From Lama guanicoe (taxonomy: Eukaryota): a DNA stretch of 64,000 bases. Every line of letters begins with the position of its first letter. The first letter of the stretch is position 1. Shown here piece by piece: positions 52,940 to 64,000 of this stretch. The translations under genes and the position numbers were made by a program. Below the pieces are notes generated by a model. It was not told the origin of the DNA, did not search any database, and worked only from the letters and a program-made list of their open reading frames with translations. The DNA is taken from NCBI GenBank assembly GCA_013239625.1, contig MU054187.1, positions 20,490,897-20,554,896 on the forward strand, written 5' to 3'.

Positions 52940-54680
52940 ACTATTTATCTGATGAGGGGTTAATATTCAAAGTATATATAGCTAAACAGAAAAAGAAAAG
53001 ATTAAAAATGGGCAAAGGCACTGTGGAAAATAGCATAGAGTTTTCTCAAAAAACTAAAACTAGAACTACTATATTACACAGCAATTCTACTCCTGGGTAT
53101 ATGTCTGGAAAAAGATAAAAATACTATTTTAAAAAGATACGTGCATCCTAATATTTAAAGCAGCATTATTTACAATTGCCAAGATATGAGAAAAAAATTT
53201 AAATGTCCATCAACAGATGACTGGATAAAGAAGATGTATATATATACAAAAGTATACCACTCGGCCATAAAATAGAATGAAATTTTACATTTTGCAACCA
53301 CCCAGTATTATGCTAAGTTAAATAAGTCAGACAGAGAAAGACAAATACTGCATGTTATCACATGTATAGAATTTTAAAAACAAAGCAGACTAGTGAACAT
53401 ACTACAACAACAAAAAAGATTCACAGTTACAGAGAACAAACTGATGGTTCCCAGTGGAGAGAGGGAACAGAGGAGGGGCAAGGCAGAGGTAGGGAATTAA
53501 GAGTTTCAAACTACTATGTATGAAATAAATAAGCTACATGGATATATTGTACAGCACAAGGAATATAGCAAATACTTTATAATAAATATAAATGGAGTAT
53601 AACCTTTAAAAATTGTGAATGACTATGTTGTATACCTGAAACCTGCATAATATTATACATGAACTAAACCTCAATTTAAAAAAATGGTAAAGGGATTGAA
53701 TAGACATTTTTCTAAGAAGACGTAAACTTCACTGACAGACACATGAAAAAATGCTCAACATCACTATTCATCAGGAAAATGCAAATCAAAACTACAAAGA
53801 GAAACCATGTCACACCTGTTAGAATGGATATTACAAAAAAGACAAGAGACAATAATGTTTGGTAAGGCTGTGGAGGAAAGGGAGTTCCTGTGCACTATTG
53901 GTGAGAAAATAAATTGAAATAACTACTATGAAAAACAGTATAGAGGTTTATCAGAAATTAACAATAGAACTATTATATGATCCAGCAATTCCACTTCTGG
54001 AGATATATATATATGAAAGAAATGAAATCAATATCTAGAAAAATATTTGTACCCCCATGTTCATTGCAGCATTATTTATAGTAGCCAAGTCATAACTAGT
54101 TGTCTATCAACAGATGAATGGATAAAGAAAATGTGATATACTCTTATATTATTAAATATCTATTTATTATTTAGCCATAAAGAAAAATATCATTTAGCCA
54201 TAAAGAAAAAGGAAATTGTGCCATTCACAACATTGATGGACCTTGATGGCATTATGCTAAATAAATCTACAGAGAAAGACAAATATTCTATGTTGTCACC
54301 TATAAGTCGAATCTAAAACAGATGAACTCAAAGAAATAGAAAGAGTAGAATAGTGGTTTCTGGTGCCTAGAGGGTAGGGGAAATGGAGAGATGGTGGTCA
54401 AAGAGTCAAACTTTCAGCTGTAAGATGAATAAGTTAAGAGAATCTACGTATAGCATGGTGATTATAATTAACAACATTATATAACTGAGAGTCTTTAAGA
54501 GATTAAATTTCAAATGTTATTACCACAGATAAAAAATGGAAATTATGTGAGGGGATGAAGCTGTTTAAATGTATTATTATTTTGTTTGCAACATATACTA
54601 GCATCAAAATATCACGTTGCACATCTTAAACTTACATATGTTATATATTAATAATATCACAATAAATCTGGAAAATTTTA
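52940..54680 (+). mobile_element. L1MA9-like element (ORF2 C-terminus plus 3'UTR) hosting a younger L1
   Basis: 'tctgatgaggggttaatattcaaa', 'gacacatgaaaaaatgctcaacatcact', 3'UTR 'actttcagctgtaagatgaataagtt...caataaatctggaaaa'; 18-bp local duplication at 54170-54210. Confidence 0.88.
53019..53679 (+). mobile_element. Nested artiodactyl-type L1 3' end
   Basis: own ORF2 end and distinct 3'UTR; TSD aaaaatgggcaaagg (53004-53018) / aaaaatggtaaagg (53680-53693). Confidence 0.88.
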
Positions 54681-55956
54681 AATAGTATTATAATAAAAAT
54701 ATAAAATAAATGGATATAAAAAGGCACAAGCTTAAGAGAACAAAAAAAATTAGGGAGAAAAGTAATGGGACGACTAAGATCTGTGTTCAGTAGATGAGCA
54801 CAAGCTGATAGTAACACTCCTTGGAAGCTTCCTAAGGGCAGAAACCTTTTCCAATTTTGTCTTATTCTCATATGCAGGTAAGTGTTAGTACACAAACTTA
54901 TTATTACTATGTTGCTAGAACTAATCTAAAATATCAATCTAAAAAATAATGGACAATTAATCCATCAGAATTGCATAAACAAATAGATGACAGTTCTTCA
55001 TGGACCATTGCTTCCAGAGCCCTAATGTAGCCCGAGATGACTGCGAAGCTTCTAGAACTGCAGAACCCAAGTTTGATCAGTCTTGACTTCCTCTGATTGG
55101 TCTCTACCTCTGAGGATAATCACAAATGGGCTGCAGTAGAAGTACTGAGGGATGTTAGCTTGGTTCTCCAGTCTTGTGTTCACAAACCTAGCATGACTGA
55201 ACATATTAACCTCACTACGCCAGTCTTTAAACTAAAGAGGAAGCAAATAAGATTGCAAAAGAAATAGACTGGTCTTTAAAAGCAGTGTCCTCACCCCTGA
55301 GTGAGTGAATTTTCTATACAAGGCAGTATCATTTAGTTTTCTGGAAGCAGTCATTTATCAAATGGTGCCTCCACATGCTAATTTACATCTAATGGATAAG
55401 CACTTTACTCTCTGAAAAACTTCCTCGCTTTATTTAGCATTTGCCCGAGTGACTTTTTTTCTTTTAACAATGAAATCTTCCCCATAAAATAAAATGTCCC
55501 CTTCGGGGTCATGCTACACAGATCAACATGGCATATCCTTTCCAAGGTTTTTGAATTAATTTCTATTAATTTGGCTTGTGACAGATACCCACTACTTAGT
55601 CTCAATTACAGAGAATGGATCATCTAATTCAAATGGACAGGTTTCAATGATAGCTTTAAAATTCTTTCTTTCTAGCATGTCCAGATGCCCAACTGCCACA
55701 GAGTTTACCAAATAAACCTTAGAAAAAGTGTTTGTTCTTCTGCACTCAGGGTTTGAACATCGTCCATTGCTTTTTTGGCTGCCATTAAATGAAGCTTACT
55801 TCTGAGCTGCAAAATCGCACACAGGCCATCTGCTCCTGTTGCAGGGCTCAGTTGCTCAAGTTTATGCCATTACAACTTGGATGCAACGACAGTGAAAGTC
55901 TCTCTAATCAGTCAATAGAGGAAGTCATAATTTTGTGTTTTAAAAGTTGATCATAA

Positions 55957-56332
55957 GGTATTATTTATATGCAGAATCTAAAAAAATCTGACAAATGAAC
56001 TTATTTACAAAACAGAAACAGACTCACAAACATGGAAAGCAAACTTGGGGTTACCACGTGGGAAGGGGAGGGTGTACGGATAAATTGGGAGTTCAGGATT
56101 TGCAGATATCAACTACTATGTATAAAATGGATAAACAGCAAGTTTCTTCTGTATAACACAAGGAACTGTATTCAATACCTTGTAATAGATTATAATGAAA
56201 AAGAATATGAAAAGGAATCTATATGTATATATGTATAACTTGTATGTATGTATAACTGAATCACTATGGCAGTACACCAGAAATTAACATGATATTGTTA
56301 ACCAACTATACTTCAATAAAAAATTAAATTTA
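55957..56332 (+). mobile_element. L1 3'UTR, 15-bp TSD
   Basis: perfect TSD aaaagttgatcataa at 55942-55956 and 56333-56347; homologous to the 4238 copy. Confidence 0.94.
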
Positions 56333-56689
56333 AAAAGTTGATCATAATTAAAAGACATAATTAAAAGCTTTTAAGCTATTTTAAAAGTATTGGTCCAGAA
56401 TTGTGGAATGCATGACTGATGACTATTTGTGCTTGCCCATAATTTTCCACTGAACTGAATGCCTTCACACGTGTTTTAAAGTCATGATTACAGTATGTCT
56501 GCTATGGGATAAATTGATCATCTATGTTATGCATCTGGTCAAAAAAATGCTGGTGATTCCTTCAAGATTTGTCATTAACACAACCAAACGAAAACAAAAA
56601 CCTGATGCAAAGGAAGAGATATTATTACAATATCAATTCCTTATATGTTTTCTAATTAGATCTAGTGAGGAAAATGTTTATTTATTTGC

Positions 56690-56790
56690 AGAAACAAACT
56701 TGAATCCCAAGTTGCTTTGTTACCCATTGTGATCTTGGGTTAATTATTTTACCCTTTTGTTCTTAATCACCCTGTCTGTAAAATATAAAT
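56690..56790 (+). mobile_element. MIR core fragment
   Basis: 'ttgaatccca...tgtgatcttgggttaattattt...tctgtaaaat'. Confidence 0.6.
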
Positions 56791-57094
56791 ATAAATTTAA
56801 AATACATCTATGGAATATACAATATGTGTGTATTAGATGATTTCTATTTTAATTATATATTCATTAAACTATATACATCTAGATACAAATGTGTATGTAA
56901 GTCGATACTACAATTAGCTACACATAGACTTTGTCAAGTAACTAAAAAGAGCTGTTTATTTTGCTTTAGAAGACAATTTGTAAACAGGCCTTCTATCAAA
57001 TTATTTCTACCTCTTTCCAAAATAGCTTTGCCACGTGGAGGTGATTTTCTCAACTCTAAATTGTTAGAAGAACTTGTTACACCAAGCTGCAATC

Positions 57095-57235
57095 ATTTCT
57101 CTATCTGTCCTTACAGGAGACATGGAACTCCTACGTGGAAATGTTCTTGTCACCTTTGTGCAATCGACCCCTAGCACAGAGCCTGGTACATACTAGCACT
57201 TTACACAGGCTTACGGAATAAATGTTCAAATAAAC
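57095..57235 (+). mobile_element. L2 3' end
   Basis: 'cccctagcacagagcctggtacatactagcac'. Confidence 0.7.
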
Positions 57236-57357
57236 AAAAACACCTCTGTAGTCATCCTCTCCCTAACTGTACAGAGACACACTTTGATTAGGCAAAATAT
57301 TGACTTAAGATGAACAGAATTTAGGTTTGAATTCTAAAGGCAGAAATAATCAAACAG

Positions 57358-57502
57358 CAGGACTTCTCAAATGTTAACATGCATTAGAACCATCTGGAAG
57401 ATCAACTGAAAATGCCCATTTTGGAGGTATAAGGACCAGCCTGAGATTTCTAACAAATTCCAACGTGATGCAGTAACTGATCTCACTGTGTGTAAGAAGA
57501 AG
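57358..57502. mobile_element. MER5A-like hAT-Charlie DNA transposon remnant
   Basis: 'cttctcaaatgttaacatgcattagaaccatctgga...aaaatgc...tttctaacaaattcca..tgatgc'. Confidence 0.65.
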
Positions 57503-59185
57503 CTAGACCATACATGTCTCTAAATAATATTCAGTTAGCTGAAACATTTCATGCATCTAAAAAGTCACCGCCATTGTATGCTTTGAAGAACATTCATGTT
57601 TTCCTTAGATTTTTAAGTTTCAAGTTATTTTATTAACCAAACTTTGATGCATAACCAAGGACCCTGTCAGTGTGGATGAAGGAAATGTGACTACATTCGA
57701 AGCTTCCAGTAAGCACTGACAAACTGCATTTTGAATTGCTTTTATGGCTGCTGTATTCATGATGTTACAAGGAGAGAGCTGCCCATTTCATAAGACGAAA
57801 TACTCAGAAAATGAGCCAGCTTTTTAACAGTCAAAAATGATACCCTGGGTCATAATCTGGACAGCGTTTATGAATCCCACAAAAATAATTCAGTGCAGGT
57901 TAGGGTGATTGCTTGACTGTTTATTCCAAACAAAGTAATAGGATAGAAAATGTAAGTGGCTTTGTTTTTGTTGAGATTATAGTTTAGCTTGAGTGAGTCC
58001 CTCTTTGAAATGTGAACAGCTATTTAAAGCAAATCAATCTGCTTCAGAGACATCTATTCATCTTAATCACTGTAAACCTCACATTTGAGTCAATACTCTA
58101 TTTAATAGTACCACCACATAATTAGATGTTCATCTTGTGATCGGACATGTAAATACATGGATAAAAATTTGAAATAGAGTGACATTTCTTTTGATGAAAT
58201 AAAATAGTCTAAAGTCTGAAGGAAATTGAGATGATTAAAATGATCATTTAGTAAAGAAAAACCAGTTGGTTTATTTTTCTTTAGCACAGAGACTGAGCTA
58301 TTTAGGAAAAGCCTTTATTTGAAACCTAGTCACAGGGCACTTCATTTGTCATTTGAGGCATCTGGAGGACATTCACTGCACTCTACTGAGAAACCTAATT
58401 CTCTATATTTCTAGAGTTTCTTACATATTCTATTTTCACACACAAGTGAATACAAATGACAAGTTATGTCCAAAGAGGATCTAATTAAGGCTTAAATGTC
58501 AGTACTTTGGACAAGCCTAATGATTTCTATATTTATCTAAATTGTACTATCATAAGCACTAAACCTTTTCAAGTTAAAAAATATATATATGTATTATTTT
58601 TTTACAAGACAGGAGAGGTAAAATATAATATTCATACACTTATGCAAAAACCCATGCTTAGGTCAAGGGAAAAACTGATAAATGCTGCTAAAACAAAGTA
58701 TGGTTTGGCAGACATCACATGGAATGTCTAAGTCCCAGCTGTTACTTGAAACTCACATTAAGCACAGAAAAGAGAGATCGGAGAAATTTTCATCTACCAT
58801 ATACATGTTTGCATTTCGTAACAATTGAGTGTATGAAATGTGGGAACCATGGTTAAGTATTGAAGGAAACAAAAGCCTGAATACATTTGCTACAGAGCTG
58901 CACAAATATTAATATTTGATTATGAATCGGCTGCAAATGAGGTTCTATTTTTGTACAGAATTCACCAATAATCTTCTCCATGATTCTCCGAAACAGAATA
59001 CCTTCATGGTATAGCACGCTAACTGGACAGCCATTAAGTTTTACCATTTGACTAATGACAGTTGATTCAAAAATTATTTTAAACAAATCATAATTGATTT
59101 GTTGAATCTGGCTTATAAATTTATAAAAAAATTAATTCTCAAAAGTCCATGGATAAATTTACAATCTTTTATGTCTGTAGTTCAA

Positions 59186-59210
59186 AGCATTAGCATTAGC
59201 ATTAGCATTA
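59186..59210. repeat. (AGCATT)4 hexamer tandem repeat
   Basis: agcattagcattagcattagcatta. Confidence 0.9.
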
Positions 59211-59654
59211 TTCTTTCCAATTATCAAATCAAAGTGCAAATAAAACATGAAAAAAATGATTTTTTTTTCCAAGAAAACACAAAAAAACAACAACAAAACT
59301 TCAGGTTTCCAGATGAAGTCTCTGGTAGTGCTGGCTGGGAAGCAATCTGCTTTGCCCTAAGTAGGTGGGTAAAGGGGTTGAACTGAGGAAGTATTTGAGT
59401 GGTAAATTATTAGCAGATTTCAGTAATATGTTCTGCTTCTAAAAGGAGACAGATTCTCATGTAGCTGTATACAGAGAAAGCTGTTTGTTCTCTGTGTGTG
59501 TAGTTTAACACTTAATTAAATCATTCAGTAAAACTTGATAAAACAGCTTCTGATGAACCGGGGAAAACATAAGGAGAAAGTATTGTCAGTATTTAGGACA
59601 CAAAAACTGAGCCCTATATTTACCTCACTCTTCTGAGAACTCACTGAGTTCTGG

Positions 59655-59950
59655 TCACTAGAAAATACAGGCTAGTCAAGGTTAATCTGTGAGTGGATTT
59701 AAAAATTTGCTGAGGGTTGGAGATGTAGTGTTGCACGTGAAGTCAGAGGACTGGAGCGCAGGGAAACCCCTGCCCACACAGAGACCTGGGAGAAGGAATG
59801 TGCATTAGGTGATGGAGTCTGCTGACTATTGGAAAGGAGCCGTGAGCCAATCTCTGTCAGAATGACTAGGATAAACTAGAAACATGTGCAGCTAAGTGGC
59901 TTTTGAAATTCAAGGTTGGGAAATGAAAGCTAACAAAGCTGGGGACATAA
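59655..59950 (+). mobile_element. Ancient CR1/L3-clade LINE reverse-transcriptase fragment
   Basis: 59858-59947 translates QND*DKLETCAAKWLLKFKVGK*KLTKLGT (cf. CR1 QxDLDKLExWAxKWxMKFNVxKCKVMHLG); upstream EWI/KNLLR (cf. RWIKNWL). Confidence 0.6.
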
Positions 59951-60274
59951 AAAGAACATGGAAAAATGAATCGTCCTTCAGTGGCAACATTACCAATTTT
60001 GCAAAGTAGGAGATTTAGAAATCAGATCAGAATGCGTTGTGTGGTTTCAGAGGACACGTTTATCAAGTTTTTGGTTTACTACACGCATACCTGAGCCCTT
60101 TATGAATTGGGGCCTTATATTAAGAATACAATGGTAAACATTTTAACTTGAAAGAGATAAAATAGGAACGGTGAAGCAAATTAAAGGGATATTATAATAA
60201 GATGTCACAAAAGTACATAAATATGTCCAGAAATGTTTTGCAAGCCCATGCTTGCAAAAAGACTTTAATGAGGG

Positions 60275-60815
60275 TGTTACTGAGTTCAAACTCGTTCTGC
60301 TCGCCAGTTGGCACAACAGGCCAATAAATCGGAAGATGATGTGTTGGGGCGGGCATAGTGACTTTATTCAGAAAGCCGGCAGACTGAGAAGATGGCAGAC
60401 TGATGTCCTGGAGAACCATCTTCCCCGAGTCAGAATTCGGGCTCATTTTATGCTAAAAATGGGAGTGGGCATGTTTGGCTATTACAGACTTCTTGGTGTA
60501 AGAATTCTTTGTTCTTGGAGTCTTTTGTTTTTGCAGCTGTCCACGTGGGTCAGATCATGATGTCGCTGTAAACCTCCAACAAAACAAACATTATTTTCTA
60601 TTCTGCAATTTGTTATCTTTATATGAATGGAAAAGTGTTAATATCCTTAAAGATCAGAGCCTTGAGAATGGGCTCTCCTGTATATTTCAGGCCACAGGCA
60701 ACATTCTTTTACAAAAGGTGCAGAATCAGCAGGACTAAGCCCAGGAAACAGAGCACAGGGTTAGAGCCAAAGGCACAGATCTAATATGGAGTCAGATTTG
60801 TTCTTTTCTATTACA
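60275..60815 (-). mobile_element. ERV1 solo LTR (MER41-like), same family as 48940
   Basis: tgttactgagttcaaactc...gatttgttcttttctattaca, the reverse complement of the 48940 copy; flanks aggg/agag; minus-strand AATAAA near 60363. Confidence 0.92.
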
Positions 60816-61282
60816 AGAGGACAGAGATCTCAGGACTGTGGACGTAAAGCCAATTAAAACATGCATTTAACTAAGCATTTGGTTTACTCACCTAGATTAA
60901 GGCAGTCAAATCCATGATTTAAATTTATTTTGTTTTTTGCTGATTGAATATTTGAAGTAACAGTATTAAAACATTTTTAGCTCTTTTGGAAAGCTGGTCA
61001 TAGACTCAAAATCAATTAAATAATTATTTTAAAACTATTTAAGGTTGGGTGAATAAGAGAATTTATTAATTGAATTTTAAACTTTCATTCTATACTCTTA
61101 AAAATAAATAAAAATAAGAGGAAAGGCCATATAGTCTCTTGACAGGACCAATATATTCTCTAATGTACTGATTTGTTAATTGAAGCTAAAATATAAAGGT
61201 GGCCAGACACCAGAATTAACCTGTCATTTTTCTAAATCATTACATGTCAAAGTATCTATTGGGGAATCACAACTTAGAAGTC

Positions 61283-61388
61283 TTTTTTTTATGTTTTATT
61301 TATTTTTTATCTTTATTGACGTATAATTGATATACAGTATTATATTAGTTTCAGGAGTACAGCACAGTGATTCAGCATTTTAAAGATT
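61283..61388 (-). mobile_element. Short L1 3' terminus
   Basis: T-rich tail plus 'ttgacgtataattgatatacagtattatattagtttcagg'; degenerate TSD acttagaagtcttt / acttagatgcttt. Confidence 0.85.
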
Positions 61389-61413
61389 ACTTAGATGCTT
61401 TATGGACAATTAA

Positions 61414-61575
<162 letters not shown>

Positions 61576-61972
61576 TAAAAACAGGTGGTGAACAGTAGCA
61601 GAAGAGTGTTATACAGCCTTTATTAGTAGTACTAACCCTCTCATTATGTTAGATAAACATTCTTCAAGGCTTACAGAAGATGTGTTTTTATTAATTACTT
61701 TGGGCATGTGCAAGATACAAAATCTCTAGCTTTGGATTTTAAAACACATCTAATGTAATCTAAAGTTTAATCTAATATATTAAGATATTGAATGTAGTCC
61801 ATAACAAAATATAAGTAAAACCAAACTCAGAACTCAGTTTCCTCATTTTATTCTGGAGTCTCCGGTTTTTTGAATTTACAACCTGAGATATAATTATCCT
61901 TCTTCACTAAGCCTATTTCTTTCTCCAATCTTTTATATTCAGTATCCAACAGCTGTTCCTCCCAACCAATCA

Positions 61973-61996
61973 ACACACACACACACTCACACACAC
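61973..61996. repeat. (AC)n microsatellite, interrupted
   Basis: directly visible. Confidence 0.8.
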
Positions 61997-62248
61997 CCCT
62001 TAATTCAAATTTAAAGCCATTCCTGAAGACTAATGGGCTCCAAACTTTTAATCATTTATTACCAGTAAGACATGTTTCCCAAATATATACACCTGTATTA
62101 ACCTACTAGTAAGTCATTTCCATTACAAAACACAACAGCTAAAAACAATGAGATTAAAATGTAAACAGAAGTTGTAATATAAAGAAATTAAAACAAGTTC
62201 TCATTTATGCCCCATAACCTAGAGAATCATCCTCCTCATCCTCTAAAG

Positions 62249-62426
62249 CAGAGGCCTTTAAAGTGTGGTCCAGCGTCAGCAACACCCGGGAACTTGTTAG
62301 AAACGCAAGTTATCAGATCCCATTGAGACCTATTAAATAAGACTCTCAGGAAGTGCTGCCCAGCATTCTGTGTTTTTAATAAACCATCCATATGACTTTT
62401 TGGCTAGTAAAGGCTGAGAACAACTG
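62249..62426. mobile_element. MER5A-like hAT-Charlie DNA transposon
   Basis: cagaggcctttaaagtgtggtcc...gggaacttgttagaaacgcaa...ctgtgtttttaataaacc...tgagaacaactg (cag...ctg ends). Confidence 0.8.
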
Positions 62427-62499
62427 ATAGGTACTCCTGTATGTTCGCATTCTAAGTATTGTTTTTGTTCTCTGAATTAGTAATGAAATATGTATAACA

Positions 62500-63115
62500 A
62501 ATCCAGCTACCTCCAACAGCATGAAAACCCTATTCCAGGTCACCTTAATCTGTCTCCTGAACTAAGGCTATGACATATAAACAGGTCTCTCCATCCCAAA
62601 CCCATAGTCCATTTTCACACAGCTGCTGGAGTGATTTTGCCAAAACAGAAATTAGATCACATCTTTTTTCCAATAGATTCCTATCACACAAAATAAATTT
62701 CTATAAAGTTGTGTTACCTGGTAGCTATTAACTTCCCAGTCTCATCTCTTAACCACTTTATCCCGTTCATTTTTAAATGTTCTTCTGCAAGAGAGCTTCA
62801 TGGGTTTACGCTTTATTTGATTAAGCACTTTGTTCAAATGTCCCCTGTCTTCCATGATTACCCTCTAAAGTAACAGATACTCCACTCCCCTTGAAGAGCT
62901 CTATGCATTTTCCTTTTAAATTTTTGTATTGTAGTTATTACCACCTGGAATTACATGTCCCTGTGTTTGTTTGTTCTTCTGTCTGTCTCCTCTACTAGAA
63001 TGTTAATTCCATGAGAGCAAAGGCATTTTTTTTACCATTGTTATCTCTAGCAACTCTACGTCGCTACAGGGCAGATGATAGACTCTCAATAAATATGTGT
63101 TGAACAGATAAATAT
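62500..63115 (+). mobile_element. L2a 3' portion
   Basis: 'cacacagctgctggagtgatttt..aaattagatcac', 'ctactagaatgttaattccatgagagca', 'ctcaataaatatgtgttgaa'. Confidence 0.85.
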
Positions 63116-63189
63116 AAAAATAGAAAATAAACCACTGCCTAAGTCTCGGATTGCTTGCAATTGATCCAGTTTCTACACATGTTTCATAT

Positions 63190-63442
63190 ATAGTAACTAG
63201 CTTTGTAGATTGCTTGCTATTTGCTAGGCATGATTCTAATATTTTGTGTACATTAATTTAATCCTCACAACTCTATAATTGAGGCAATATTCATATTATT
63301 ATTTTATAGATGAGGAAAGAAGCATGGATTGACTGAATAACCTGTCCATGGTCACACAGTCCTGATGTGCTCCATCACGTGCTGCAACTGGAATTCAAAC
63401 CCAGACAGGCCATATTCGCAGTCACTATATAGCACTGTCTCA
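63190..63442 (-). mobile_element. MIR SINE
   Basis: 'tttaatcctcacaac', 'attttatagatgaggaaa', 'ggtcacacag', 'ggaattcaaaccca'. Confidence 0.85.
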
Positions 63443-63629
63443 CTTTAAAATGAGAACACGATTTAATAAGACTACTTGGAAATTTATTCAGGAACCAGAA
63501 AAAAGCTTTAAAGTAGCCAGAGTTAAAGCCAGTCTGTGGATTTTGCAGCATTTAATGAGCCAGAAAAGCCTCTAGATTATCCCAAGAGCTGCCTTTTATA
63601 CTCTGTGTATGAGACAAAAGTGATGATTA

Positions 63630-63720
63630 TCATCAGAAGAAGACATCTTGAGCACACCTAGCACCCAGGTCTTGGTTTCTAATACCATTCTCCAATGAAG
63701 TAGCCAGGAATTCTTCTACA
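63630..63720 (+). mobile_element. L1MC/MD 3'UTR fragment
   Basis: 'gcacccaggtcttggtttctaataccattctccaat'. Confidence 0.55.
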
Positions 63721-63842
63721 CATACTACTCAGTTTATTACTCAGTCAAATTCAGAAAAAAAAAAAACCTATTGTTCTTCCAATGCCAACAAGATTAGTCA
63801 ATAGAAGTTAACTATTAGCTAATGGTTTGTTAGAACGAGTCT

Positions 63843-63844
<2 letters not shown>

Positions 63845-63878
<34 letters not shown>
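63845..63878. repeat. (GT)17 microsatellite
   Basis: directly visible. Confidence 0.95.
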
Positions 63879-63881
<3 letters not shown>

Positions 63882-63975
63882 ATTGTTTTCTAAATGTTTT
63901 ATTTTATTTTTTATTGAAGTGTAGTTGATTTGCAATGTTAGCAAAGGGATTGCATTATATATATATATTTTTTTT
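63879..63975 (-). mobile_element. Short L1 3' terminus
   Basis: 'ttttattgaagtgtagttgatttgcaatgttag', as in the 43348 copy. Confidence 0.75.
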
Positions 63976-64000
63976 AATGTGCATTTTCATCCTCAAGTTT

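Noticed and set aside
256..60560. Short ORFs of the supplied track as host genes
   Set aside because: All are 151 aa or shorter, and are either TE-derived or compositionally typical of random AT-rich DNA; no recognisable host protein and no consistent exon chain.
48940..60815. Single provirus or inverted-repeat transposon spanning both LTRs
   Set aside because: The LTRs are inverted, have different TSDs, and no gag/pol/env lies between them.

Overview
This is AT-rich mammalian genomic DNA, most likely camelid (alpaca/llama/camel). The inference rests on four copies of a tRNA-Ala-derived SINE resembling the camelid Vic-1 family, and on the absence of Alu, B1/B2, Bov-A/BovB and PRE-1. I find no supportable host protein-coding exon, RNA gene, CRISPR array or prokaryotic-type system. 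The only recognisable protein sequence is degraded LINE-1 ORF1/ORF2 and an ancient CR1/L3 reverse-transcriptase fragment. The window looks like a gene desert or very long intron. It is filled with young L1 3' ends (several with TSDs), ancient L1M, L2, MIR, MER5A, MaLR/ERVL LTRs and ERV1-type solo LTRs, between repeat-free blocks that may be conserved non-coding elements. The most unusual structures are a 172-bp insertion in an L2 built from inverted copies of nearby sequence, a SINE with clustered AT-to-GC substitutions, several inverted, deleted or nested L1/LTR insertions, and an inverted pair of same-family LTRs. Repeat family names come from recalled consensus motifs, not a database search, and boundaries of old elements are approximate.
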